The notes beneath the pieces were generated by a model. It saw nothing but the letters and a program-made list of their open reading frames with translations. It ran no database searches and had not been told where the DNA came from. Below are positions 1 to 8,998 of a stretch of 64,000 nucleotides of DNA, piece after piece. Position 1 is the first letter of the stretch. Every line of letters starts with the position of its first letter. Source of the DNA: Blastocatellia bacterium (GTDB lineage: Bacteria; Acidobacteriota; Blastocatellia; RBC074); the NCBI GenBank assembly GCA_043775925.1, contig JAYVRW010000226.1, positions 52 to 64,051 of the forward strand. Direction: 5' to 3'. A program made the translations under genes and the position numbers.

Positions 1-714
1 CCGACCGATATGACAGTTGGTAACAATCTCAAAGTGAGAACCTTCCTGACAGTTCCCGAAGATTGCAACATGGGTGTTTGTGCGCACGAATGGGGACATT
101 TGGCCGCACGTTGGGCCGACTTTTATGACACGGTCGAGAGTCAAAATACACGCTCGAACGGGTTGGGCAATTACTGCCTGATGGCGGCTGGTTCCTGGGG
201 AAATCACGGCTTGACACCTACCTTGCCCAACGGCATGTTGCGGATGTTCCATAGCTGGATTACGCCGGAGGTCGTGACGGCTAACCGCAACGACATTACG
301 CTGAAACCCGCGGCTGAAGGGGGCAGTATCGTCATCATCCAAAACGCTGCGCGGATGACCTCCGACCAATACATCTTCGTCGAGTATCGCCGCCGTAAGG
401 GACAAGATGCTTTCCTGCCCGATGAAGGGCTGGCTGTCTATGTCGTAGATGAAGCGATTGACAACGTTAATGATGAGAACCATCTGGCGATTGAACTGTT
501 GCAGGCGGACGGGCAACGCGACCTGGCAAAAATCTTCGGACTCGGCAATCGTGGCGATGAGAACGATCTCTTTCCGCTCAATACCAAACGTACTTTGGGC
601 AAAGCGACTAAACCTGCAACCAATTTGCCGAATGGTCAATGGTCAGGCGTCACGCTCCGAGTCAAAGGGCAGGGTGGCGCTGACCAAATGAAACTTGACG
701 TAAAAATCGCGTGA
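1..714 (+). CDS. Zinc metalloprotease domain protein, C-terminal part; the gene starts upstream of the window (M6/immune-inhibitor-A-like HExxH)
   Basis: The frame is open from nucleotide 1. Motif AHEWGH...DFYD...LMAAGSWG resembles the M6 peptidase HExxH / E / SxMSSGSW arrangement. Confidence 0.45.
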   Translation, partial: PTDMTVGNNLKVRTFLTVPEDCNMGVCAHEWGHLAARWADFYDTVESQNTRSNGLGNYCLMAAGSWGNHGLTPTLPNGMLRMFHSWITPEVVTANRNDITLKPAAEGGSIVIIQNAARMTSDQYIFVEYRRRKGQDAFLPDEGLAVYVVDEAIDNVNDENHLAIELLQADGQRDLAKIFGLGNRGDENDLFPLNTKRTLGKATKPATNLPNGQWSGVTLRVKGQGGADQMKLDVKIA

Positions 715-1003
715 GGATTCTCATCCTGTGGTTGACTGCTCTAACCATCAATCAGTGCGGTGATTGTGAGTATGGGGAATATACAGGCAAGTTTTTAGCG
801 GGCTTTATCTTTACTAAATAGTGATGCTCGTGCTGGGCGCACTCGTTTACCTGGTCAAAGCGCGAAGCACTGCACAACGCGCCGTCAGCATTGATTCGAA
901 CGTACGACAGAAACTTGATCCGAAGGTGTTTCAGGTGGTGCGACCCGTGGCTGGCTTACCCGTGACAGCTTCGCCCGCGCCTACGAAACAATGAAGATGA
1001 CTT

Positions 1004-2653
1004 GTGATGAATAAACCCGCACCACAACTGGCAAACAAATCGAATGTGACCACGCTTAACCAAACGGGCGTGTTGCAGCGGAAGTGCGCGTCGTGCGGCA
1101 ATCACACGGTAGCTGGTGGCAAGTGCGAAGAGTGCGAAAAACAAGGCAGTCAATTGCAACGCAAAACGGCGAGTCAGGGCGAACCGGGAGAAGTGCCGAC
1201 GATTGTGTATGACGTGTTGAATTCACCGGGACACCCTTTGGATGCACAGACGCGGGCAATTTTTGAGCTGAGGTTTGGGCACGATTTCAGTCGTGTAAGC
1301 GTGCATACGGACGCCAAAGCGGCGGAATCGGCGCAATCGGTCAACGCGTTAGCCTATACCGTCGGAAACAATGTCGTGTTTGGGGCAGGGCAGTACGCGC
1401 CGGAAACTATGGCTGGTCAGCGACTGCTCGCACACGAACTGACGCACACCGTCCAGCAGAACGGCGCGATGTCCAAATCCATGCCGGTCACTCTGGGCGC
1501 AACAAATGACACGAGCGAGAAAGAAGCGAGCCAAGCCGCGCAAGCCATCTCAAGCGGAGCGGCAAGTTATCAGGTTCAAGGAAACGCCGCAGCGAGTGTG
1601 CAAAGGAAGATGCCTGGCGGCGACCCGCTTCATCAACCGATGGTTGATAAATTCCGCCGCGAGCACGGTTTGCCTGAGAGCGGCGTAGACGAGTTTGGAA
1701 CTCATGTCGGACCTTCGACAGCGGAAATCAAATACGGCATACCGGCGAAGGCTGGCGTACTCGCTGATGAATTACAAAAGTTAATCAACGTCGCCACATG
1801 GAAAGAAATACGCAAGCGCGCGTACCCGAAGGAATCAGCCCCCGGCATTCAGCGGGCAAAGGACCGAAAAGCAGGAAAACTCCCTGATTTAACCGGGCTG
1901 GGACAAATCAAAGTACTCGAACACTTCGCCACACAGGTACGCAGCATTCAGACAAATTGGTCGAGCCTGGCAACAGCGGACAATCGCGTAAAGGAACTCG
2001 GCAAAGCAGCTAGCGTCGAACTAACGTCCGTCAACGTTCCCGGTTTCCTGATCGTTGACAAACAGCCGATGGAGTTCAAAGGCTTCTTCAGCCCTAGGGG
2101 ATGGAAATTTGTCATCCAACAGGAACTTGTTTCTAACACTTCTCTGAGCAATCAGGACGCCGCCGAATTGTCAAACACCACATTGCACGAATGCCGCCAC
2201 GCCGAGCAGCATTTTCTCTCGGCGCGACACTCGGCGGGCGTAAACGGGAAGGACTCAGCCGCGCTGGTCGCCGAGCAGCACATCCCAAAGGTTATTGCGG
2301 ATGAGGCGGTGGCGAAAAAGTTCGATGCCAGTACCGACGCAGCGACGAAAGCCCTCGGCAAGGAAATGCATAAGGCGATGATTACCGAAGGCGCTGACAA
2401 TCAGGCAATCAGTAACGATGATGGAATTGATGACTTGAACACGAAACGCGGCGAAGCCGAAGCCGCGCTCAAGAATCTCCAAGCGGTTCCGACGGCGAAA
2501 ACGATTGCCGAAGCCACCGCCAAGCGTAATGCGCTACAAGCGCAAATCATCATTGTCGAGCAGAAGTACACGCCGTATCGCAATATCCCCTACGAGTTTG
2601 ACGCGCACGAGGTCGGGGATGCGGCTGAACAAGCGTTCAAGGAGTGGAAGTGA
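1004..2653 (+). CDS. DUF4157-domain protein (eCIS-associated HExxH domain) with an N-terminal Cys4 cluster and a C-terminal extension that carries a second HExxH
   Basis: FGHDFSRVSVHTD...LAHELTHTVQQ matches the DUF4157 signature. The Cys cluster is CASCGNH..GKCEECEK. The C-terminal region contains HECRHAEQH. Confidence 0.6.
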   Translation: MMNKPAPQLANKSNVTTLNQTGVLQRKCASCGNHTVAGGKCEECEKQGSQLQRKTASQGEPGEVPTIVYDVLNSPGHPLDAQTRAIFELRFGHDFSRVSVHTDAKAAESAQSVNALAYTVGNNVVFGAGQYAPETMAGQRLLAHELTHTVQQNGAMSKSMPVTLGATNDTSEKEASQAAQAISSGAASYQVQGNAAASVQRKMPGGDPLHQPMVDKFRREHGLPESGVDEFGTHVGPSTAEIKYGIPAKAGVLADELQKLINVATWKEIRKRAYPKESAPGIQRAKDRKAGKLPDLTGLGQIKVLEHFATQVRSIQTNWSSLATADNRVKELGKAASVELTSVNVPGFLIVDKQPMEFKGFFSPRGWKFVIQQELVSNTSLSNQDAAELSNTTLHECRHAEQHFLSARHSAGVNGKDSAALVAEQHIPKVIADEAVAKKFDASTDAATKALGKEMHKAMITEGADNQAISNDDGIDDLNTKRGEAEAALKNLQAVPTAKTIAEATAKRNALQAQIIIVEQKYTPYRNIPYEFDAHEVGDAAEQAFKEWK

Positions 2654-2701
2654 CGACCATCGCGTGCTGTCGCTGCGGCACAGGTCAAAGGAGACTGTCA
2701 G

Positions 2702-3133
2702 ATGATTAAGCTGATTCAAGATATTGTCCGGTTCTTATCGCAGGATCGGCTCACAGTTGAAGACGTAGCCGCGCGCGTAGGTTCGGTGGCGCACGATCCA
2801 GGCGAACTGCTGCCGATTGAACTGTGTCCAGTTATTGACGGCGTTCGTTCCGCAAGTCTGGCGCGCTATCCCGATTCGGGATTGCCATATTTGCTTGAAA
2901 TTGAGCCCGCGCCCGACGTACAGCCGACGGTCGAAGCTCTGAAGTCCGTGTTCGGCGACTATCATCGCGCGCTCACTGACCGCGGCAGACCCGCTGAGAT
3001 ATTGTTTTACCCACTGCTCACAGGAGCGCGCTGGAATGTAGTGATAATTGCCGAACTCGCACCGGGCGACGGTGAAATCGAAGACGCGTCAGTGGCGAGA
3101 ATCGCGTTACGCCGCGATTCCGTGTCAGAGTAA
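2702..3133 (+). CDS. Hypothetical acidic 143-aa protein, candidate immunity/chaperone partner of the DUF4157 protein
   Basis: Intact ORF 48 bp downstream on the same strand, with codon usage like its neighbours. No recognisable motif. Confidence 0.35.
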   Translation: MIKLIQDIVRFLSQDRLTVEDVAARVGSVAHDPGELLPIELCPVIDGVRSASLARYPDSGLPYLLEIEPAPDVQPTVEALKSVFGDYHRALTDRGRPAEILFYPLLTGARWNVVIIAELAPGDGEIEDASVARIALRRDSVSE

Positions 3134-3184
3134 TTGAGATGAGAAAAGGGAAACTTAACTGCTGAGAAAGTGTAGTGAGCATTT

Positions 3185-5023
3185 ATGCCGACTTCGATCA
3201 CAAGCCCTGAAGTTCAAGCAGCGTTCGAGCAAGCGCGCTTGCCGCAACTCAGAAGTGTGAAGTCAGGCGCTCAAACGTTTGACGTTCCCGCGCCGTTCCC
3301 TTCGCCGGAAGATTGGCGCGATCAATGGGTCTATTTTTTGCTGATAGATCGTTTCAATAATCCGCAAGCACCGCCGCGCTTCGCTCCTTTTGATGGAGCG
3401 CACGGGATTTTTCAGGGCGGGACGTTCAATGGCGTGCGCGCCAAGCTGGCTTATCTGAAGCAGCTTGGCGTCGGCGCGCTCTGGCTTTCGCCTGTCTTGA
3501 AAAACTGTCAGTACAGGCCAGACAGCTACCACGGTTACGGCATACAGGATTTTTTGCAGGTTGATCCGCGCTTCGCTTCTGAGCCAAAGCTGGCCGAAGC
3601 GGAATTACGCGCGTTGGTTGATGAAGCGCACGCGCGCGGGATGTATGTGATTTTCGACATCGTACTCAACCACGCGGGCGATGTCTTCGAGTACGTGTTC
3701 GATAACGGCGGACGAAGCGCGGAAGCCGAGGGGCGCGACAAGGCTTACAAAATCAACTGGCGCGATGACGTCGGGCGCGGCAATCCGGCTTGGGAACAGC
3801 CGCCGGATAACCCACCGGCTGATGCCGTCGTTTGGCCGGTTGAATTGCAACGCAATGAATTTTTTCGTCGCCAGGGCAAGGGTGGTGAAGCAGGCGGCGA
3901 TTTCTTTTCACTCAAGGAAATGGCGACGGATTTTCATGCGCCTGATTATCCGGTGCGCAACATACTGATCTGCGCTTATCAGTATTTGATGGCGAAATAT
4001 GATGTGGATGGGTTCCGCATTGACACGCTGAAGTTCATCGAACCGGAGTTTGCCAAAGTCTTTGGCAATGCGATGCGGGAATTTGCGCTGAGCATGGGCA
4101 AGAAAAACTTCTTCACCTTTGGCGAAGTCTACGACAGCGAGGAGAAGATCGCACATTTCATCGGTCGTCAGGCGTCGGAACCGGGCGACCTGACAGGCGT
4201 AGACGCCGCGCTTGATTTCCCGCTCTTTTTCAAACTCCCGGCGATGGCGAAAGGGATGCTCGCGCCGGCTGAAATCGTCAACGTCTTCGAGCATCGCAAA
4301 CAGGTGCAGCGCGGCCTTATCAGTTCGCACGGCGAAGCGAGCCGGTTTTTCGTGACCTTTCTCGACAATCACGATCAGACGGAACGGTTCTTTTTCAGTC
4401 CGGCGGATGAACCGCTGCGCTTTGCCGATCAACTGACTCTGGGGATCGCGTGTCTTTTCACGCTGCAAGGAATTCCGTGTTTGTATTACGGCACAGAGCA
4501 GGGGCTGCACGGATTCGGCGGCGACAGGGAAGTGCGCGAAGCGTTGTGGGGCAAAGCCGAAGCCTTCAAGCAGGATCAGCCGATCTTCAAGACCATTGAG
4601 CGATTGGCTACCGTGCGCAGCGAACAACCGGCGCTGCGTTATGGGCGGCAGTACTTTCGGCAGATTTCAGGTGACGGCCAAGGCTTCGACATTTCGACTT
4701 TCGTGCCAGGTGTGCTGGCGTTCTCGCGCGTGTTGAATGATCAGGAACTTTTGATCGTTGCCAATACCAGCACACAATCAAATTGGAAAGGTGACGTGAT
4801 CGTTGATCGAAGCTTGAATCAACCTGGTGCAGCGTATGAAATCCTGTTTACCAACCAGGCCACTGATGCAAGTGTTGCGCCAGGTGTCGTCATCGAAAAA
4901 GCCGGCGGGCAAGTCGAAGTTCACGAGTTGGATGGTTCGGTGACACACGGGCCGGTGCGCGCCGTTCACGTCAGTTTGCGAGCGATGGAGCTTCAGGTTT
5001 TGCGACAGAAGAAGCTGGGATAA
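3185..5023 (+). CDS. Glycoside hydrolase family 13 (alpha-amylase family) protein
   Basis: GH13 conserved regions DIVLNHAG, GFRIDTLKF, FGEVYD and FLDNHDQ. Starts with LIDRFNN...GGTFNGV. Confidence 0.75.
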   Translation: MPTSITSPEVQAAFEQARLPQLRSVKSGAQTFDVPAPFPSPEDWRDQWVYFLLIDRFNNPQAPPRFAPFDGAHGIFQGGTFNGVRAKLAYLKQLGVGALWLSPVLKNCQYRPDSYHGYGIQDFLQVDPRFASEPKLAEAELRALVDEAHARGMYVIFDIVLNHAGDVFEYVFDNGGRSAEAEGRDKAYKINWRDDVGRGNPAWEQPPDNPPADAVVWPVELQRNEFFRRQGKGGEAGGDFFSLKEMATDFHAPDYPVRNILICAYQYLMAKYDVDGFRIDTLKFIEPEFAKVFGNAMREFALSMGKKNFFTFGEVYDSEEKIAHFIGRQASEPGDLTGVDAALDFPLFFKLPAMAKGMLAPAEIVNVFEHRKQVQRGLISSHGEASRFFVTFLDNHDQTERFFFSPADEPLRFADQLTLGIACLFTLQGIPCLYYGTEQGLHGFGGDREVREALWGKAEAFKQDQPIFKTIERLATVRSEQPALRYGRQYFRQISGDGQGFDISTFVPGVLAFSRVLNDQELLIVANTSTQSNWKGDVIVDRSLNQPGAAYEILFTNQATDASVAPGVVIEKAGGQVEVHELDGSVTHGPVRAVHVSLRAMELQVLRQKKLG

Positions 5024-5040
5024 CCAGCAAGGCTAAAATT

Positions 5041-5688
5041 ATGACTACGTTTCCAGGTTCACCTCGATTACTCAAAGGCGGCATTGTGTTAATTGATCCG
5101 ACGACTTCGCAGGTGGTGCGGATTATTGCGATGCAGTACAACCCGGACACGCTGACGCGTTCGTTGCAGGTCAAAGGGGTGGGCGAAAGTGGCGACCGCT
5201 CGGAGGCTTTGCGGCTCAAGGGACCGCCCGTTGAAACGATTAAGCTTGACGCTGAAATTGATGCGACCGATCAGCTTGCGGCGGCTGATGCACAGGCTAC
5301 GCAAATAGGCATCCATCCGCAACTGGCGGCGCTCGAAACGATTATTTATCCGAACAGTCAGCATTTGTTGAGCAATAACAGTATGGCGCAGATGGGGACG
5401 CTGGAAATTGCGCCGATGCAGGCGCCACTCGCGTTATTTATCTGGAGCAAAAATCGCGTCGTCCCTGTCCGCCTGACCGAATTCAGCATCACCGAAGAAG
5501 CCTTTGATGTAAACCTGAACCCGATTCGCGCCAAAGTCAGTTTAGGGATGCGCGTGCTGAGCGTAGACGATCTCGGCTTCGATCATAAGGGCGGCAATCT
5601 GTATATGGTCTACCAACAGCAAAAAGAAATGATGGCGACCTTGAATCAAGGTGAGGCGCTGAGTGCGCTGGGCGTGACAGGATTTTAG
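5041..5688 (+). CDS. Phage-tail/eCIS structural protein (tube-initiator/Afp5-7-like candidate)
   Basis: Lies 18 bp after the GH13 gene and directly upstream of the baseplate genes. Its size and position fit a tube-initiator. Assignment is by context and weak resemblance only. Confidence 0.35.
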   Translation: MTTFPGSPRLLKGGIVLIDPTTSQVVRIIAMQYNPDTLTRSLQVKGVGESGDRSEALRLKGPPVETIKLDAEIDATDQLAAADAQATQIGIHPQLAALETIIYPNSQHLLSNNSMAQMGTLEIAPMQAPLALFIWSKNRVVPVRLTEFSITEEAFDVNLNPIRAKVSLGMRVLSVDDLGFDHKGGNLYMVYQQQKEMMATLNQGEALSALGVTGF

Positions 5689-5701
5689 CGTAAGGAGAAA
5701 T

Positions 5702-6073
5702 ATGATGATTGATCCAAATGAAGCTTTACAGGCGATGCTGCAACCAGCGGGGTTAAAGGCGACGTTATTTCCGCCGACCAGCCGATATTACGGCATCGCA
5801 ACGGCCACGATGGAAGCAGGCGGCGAAACGATTATTTATTTGCGCCGTCGGTTATTGCCGGCGGTCGAACGCTTTGCGCTGTTGCAGGAACACGCCGTCA
5901 CCCAAAGCGAGCGGCTGGACAATATTACTTTCAAATATCTGGGCGACCCGGAACAGTTCTGGCGTCTGTGTGATGCGAATGGAGCGATGCGCCCTGAAGA
6001 ATTAACCGAAACGATAGGACGACGCTTGCGGATTACGTTGCCGGAAGGCGTGCCGGGGATTCCCAATGCTTAA
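5702..6073 (+). CDS. LysM-like / phage tail protein X-like small baseplate-associated protein
   Basis: C-terminal ...DNITFKYLGDPEQFWRLCDANGAMRPEEL...GRRLRI resembles the LysM-like domain found next to late-control-D genes in contractile tail loci. Confidence 0.45.
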   Translation: MMIDPNEALQAMLQPAGLKATLFPPTSRYYGIATATMEAGGETIIYLRRRLLPAVERFALLQEHAVTQSERLDNITFKYLGDPEQFWRLCDANGAMRPEELTETIGRRLRITLPEGVPGIPNA

Positions 6074-7196
6074 AGGCGTTAACCTGACATTGATGATTGG
6101 GCCAGCAGTACCGATTCCGGTGCCAGCAGTTGTCCTTAATGCGCTCGAAAGCCTGACAGTGACTACTGCGTCAGGAGAGACACAAAGCGGCTTCGATTTG
6201 AAATTTTCGCTCAGCAATAAATCGCCTTTGCATACTATTTTTTTACTAGCGGGCGGAAGCATGCCACCGATTTTGCGGACGGTCATTGTAGTGACGATGA
6301 ATGGTTCTTCCGAAGTCTTGATAGACGGCGTTGTAACCAAAGTTGATGTTATGCCAGGCAATGAGGGTGGTCATTCGGTATTGTCAGTGACAGGCAAAGA
6401 CCTGACAGCGGTGATGGATGTCATAGATTTCACTGGCTTGCCGTATCCGGCTCTACCGGTCTATGCGCGGGTGAATTTGATTTTGTTGAAATATGCAGCG
6501 TTGGGCGTAGTGCCTTTGGTGATTCCACCCATTGTGACCGACCTGCCGCTGCCGACGGAAAGAATTGATCGCCATCAGGGCAATGATCTGGCGTATGTTC
6601 GGCAACTCGCACATGAATCGGGGTACGTCTTTTATCATGATCCAGGGCCGATACCAGGGATGAGTAAAGCTTATTGGGGGCCGGAAATTAAAGTTGGCGT
6701 ACCGCAAAAGGCGCTCAACATTGATATGGACGCGCACACGAATGTCGAGTCGTTGAGTTTTAGCTTCAACAAAGAAATGAAGGAGATGCCAATCGTGTTT
6801 TTTCCGGAAGAGAAAACAAAACTTCCACTGTTTATCCCGATCCCGGATATTTCGCCGCTCAATCCGCCGCTTGGTTTGATTCCACCGTTGCCGCTAAAAA
6901 TCAGGTATCTCGACGATGTTGTGTATGCCAATCCGTTGCGGGCTGTGATGGCAGGCATGGCGCAGGCCTCGCGGACTTCGGATTGCGTGACGGGAACTGG
7001 CACGCTGAACGTGTTGCGTTATGGCAGCGTTTTAAAAGCGCGGCAACTGGTCGGTGTGCGCGGTGCAGGGCCGGCGTTTGATGGGCTGTATTTCGTGAGC
7101 AGTGTGACTAATACGATCAAGCGCGGCGAATTCAAACAGAGCTTCGAGCTGAAGCGCAACGGATTGGTTTCGACAGTTCCGAGGGTTCCCGCATGA
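6066..7196 (+). CDS. Phage late control gene D-like protein (baseplate hub / VgrG-core-like)
   Basis: Sits between the LysM-like gene and the gpV gene, as in P2-like/eCIS loci. The N-terminus is typical of gpD-family proteins. Its start overlaps the previous gene. Confidence 0.5.
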   Translation: MLKGVNLTLMIGPAVPIPVPAVVLNALESLTVTTASGETQSGFDLKFSLSNKSPLHTIFLLAGGSMPPILRTVIVVTMNGSSEVLIDGVVTKVDVMPGNEGGHSVLSVTGKDLTAVMDVIDFTGLPYPALPVYARVNLILLKYAALGVVPLVIPPIVTDLPLPTERIDRHQGNDLAYVRQLAHESGYVFYHDPGPIPGMSKAYWGPEIKVGVPQKALNIDMDAHTNVESLSFSFNKEMKEMPIVFFPEEKTKLPLFIPIPDISPLNPPLGLIPPLPLKIRYLDDVVYANPLRAVMAGMAQASRTSDCVTGTGTLNVLRYGSVLKARQLVGVRGAGPAFDGLYFVSSVTNTIKRGEFKQSFELKRNGLVSTVPRVPA

Positions 7197-7720
7197 ATGA
7201 ACTGAAACGCTTTTACGGAAAATATCGCGGCACTGTCGTCAACAATATTGACCCGGAGTTTCGCGCCAGAATTCAGGCTATTGTGCCAGCGGTTTCAGGA
7301 CTTGTCCCGACCAGTTGGGCAATGCCGTGTTTGCCGATAGCGGGTAAGCAGGAAGGCATTTTCGCCATTCCGCAAATTGGTGCGGGGGTGTGGGTCGAAT
7401 TTGAAGAAGGCGATCCTGACAAGCCAATTTGGGTTGGTGGATTTTGGGGACTCGCGGCAGAAGTCCCGACATTAGCGAATGTCCCGCCGCCAATTCCGCC
7501 AGGACAAAACATCGTGCTGCAAACTACCGGGCAAAGCACGTTGGTGTTGAGCGATTCCGCGCCGACCCCTGTGTCGGGCGGCATAATTTTGAAAAGCGCG
7601 ACCGGCGCCATGATCGTCGTCAATGATTCAGGGATTTACATTCAAAACGGCAAAGGCGCGTCAATTATGATGGTGGGGCCGTCAGTCACCATCAACAATG
7701 GCGCGTTAGTTGTTATTTAG
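7193..7720 (+). CDS. Baseplate assembly protein V-like spike (gp5/gpV OB-fold)
   Basis: YRGTVVNNIDPE...RIQA...GVWVEFEEGDPDKPIWVG matches the Phage_base_V domain pattern. Overlaps the upstream gene by 4 bp. Confidence 0.7.
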   Translation: MNELKRFYGKYRGTVVNNIDPEFRARIQAIVPAVSGLVPTSWAMPCLPIAGKQEGIFAIPQIGAGVWVEFEEGDPDKPIWVGGFWGLAAEVPTLANVPPPIPPGQNIVLQTTGQSTLVLSDSAPTPVSGGIILKSATGAMIVVNDSGIYIQNGKGASIMMVGPSVTINNGALVVI

Positions 7721-7820
7721 AGCTAAGGATATTGGGAGGCAAACCCCCGTCGCTCCGGCTCCGGGTACTGTACCGACCAGCGCTCTTGAGCAATTGCCGT
7801 CCAGCAAAAAGGAAAACGTT

Positions 7821-8144
7821 ATGCCAGGATTTTTAATCCATGTCGGCGCAACGGTATTGTGTTCGCACGCCGGACAAGCGCAACCAACAGTTCCGAATCC
7901 GCGCGTGATGGTGAGCGGGCAACCGACTGTCACGATCACTGCGCCGTATGTCGTAGCGGGTTGCGCGTTGCCGCCGCCGCCTGCCGCCAATGGCCCTTGT
8001 GTGACGGCGCAATGGTTAGTGGGTACGACGCGCGTGCTATCCAACGGGCAGCCTTTAGTCGTGCAAAGCAGTCAGGCAATCTGTGTACCGACGGGGACAC
8101 CGTTGTTGATCGTAGCGATGCAACCGCGTGTGAGTGCAATGTGA
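7821..8144 (+). CDS. PAAR-like spike-tip protein (DUF4280)
   Basis: ATG at 7821 with an AGGA ribosome-binding site. The pattern GATVLCSHAG...PNPRVMVSGQP...NGPC...QWLVGTTRV..NGQPLVVQSSQAICVPTG fits DUF4280. Confidence 0.65.
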   Translation: MPGFLIHVGATVLCSHAGQAQPTVPNPRVMVSGQPTVTITAPYVVAGCALPPPPAANGPCVTAQWLVGTTRVLSNGQPLVVQSSQAICVPTGTPLLIVAMQPRVSAM

Positions 8145-8172
8145 AAATGCCACTTCAGAACAGGAGATTACT

Positions 8173-8595
8173 ATGTCAGAAAATTCTTCTTCAAGCATGA
8201 CGCAAATCGTCATGACCGTGATTACTGTTTTAGGCTCGCTTGGTGTGGCATATCTCACAACAGGAGCGAAATTTGCCTCAGAGCTTTCATCTAATCAGGC
8301 AGCCGTTCAGCAATTAAAGACTGAGTTACAAAGTGTGAAAAATGATACGGGGAAACAAGTGGCAGACATGAAAGCATTGCTTATTTCTGCGACCGGGCAA
8401 AACAAAGAATTGCAAACACAGATCGCTGCGCTCAAGACACAAATTGAATCGGCAACTAAAAAGACTGAGGAAGTGAAGGTTGCCACTACAAATGCGGACA
8501 CCAGGCTCAAAGCGATTTATGCGATTCGACCTGAGATTTTGAAGTCAATGCCAATCCAGCCAAATACTAAAAATTTGGTGACTCCCAGGCAGTAA
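8173..8595 (+). CDS. Small membrane-anchored coiled-coil protein
   Basis: ATG at 8173 with an AGGAG ribosome-binding site. One transmembrane helix (IVMTVITVLGSLGVAYL), then a Gln/Lys-rich coiled coil. Inserted between the PAAR-like and gp25 genes. Confidence 0.4.
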   Translation: MSENSSSSMTQIVMTVITVLGSLGVAYLTTGAKFASELSSNQAAVQQLKTELQSVKNDTGKQVADMKALLISATGQNKELQTQIAALKTQIESATKKTEEVKVATTNADTRLKAIYAIRPEILKSMPIQPNTKNLVTPRQ

Positions 8596-8638
8596 GAAAT
8601 ATTAAGTGTATGCAAAAAAGGAAAACCACAGGTGAAAT

Positions 8639-8995
8639 ATGAACATTGATTTTCCCTGGCATTTTGACAGTCGCGGGCAAACGGCGGCGACGAATTATGA
8701 CGAGCATATCAAGGACATGATTGTGCAGCTCTTGCTCACCAGTCCCGGCGAGCGCGTCAATCGTCCTGATTTTGGTTGCGGTCTGTTGCAATTAATTTAT
8801 GAACCAACCAGTTCGACATTAGCCACCGCGTTGCAATACACCGCACAGGCCAGCTTGCAACGCTGGCTCAGTGATGTGATCGAAGTCCAGGCATTAGCCG
8901 TCGACAGTGAACAATCTACGTTGCACGTGACAGTGCAATACATCGTGCGCCGCACCAATCAACCGGTGGTCTTCAGTTTCACTGAGACGAGGTAA
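8639..8995 (+). CDS. Baseplate wedge protein, GPW/gp25 family
   Basis: DHIKDMIVQLLLTSPGERVNRPDFGCGL matches the gp25 lysozyme-like family signature. About 118 aa. Confidence 0.8.
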   Translation: MNIDFPWHFDSRGQTAATNYDEHIKDMIVQLLLTSPGERVNRPDFGCGLLQLIYEPTSSTLATALQYTAQASLQRWLSDVIEVQALAVDSEQSTLHVTVQYIVRRTNQPVVFSFTETR

Positions 8996-8998
8996 GTT

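Noticed and set aside
3908-4627. 239-aa - strand ORF
   Set aside because: Antisense to the GH13 gene, which has all its catalytic motifs in the + frame.
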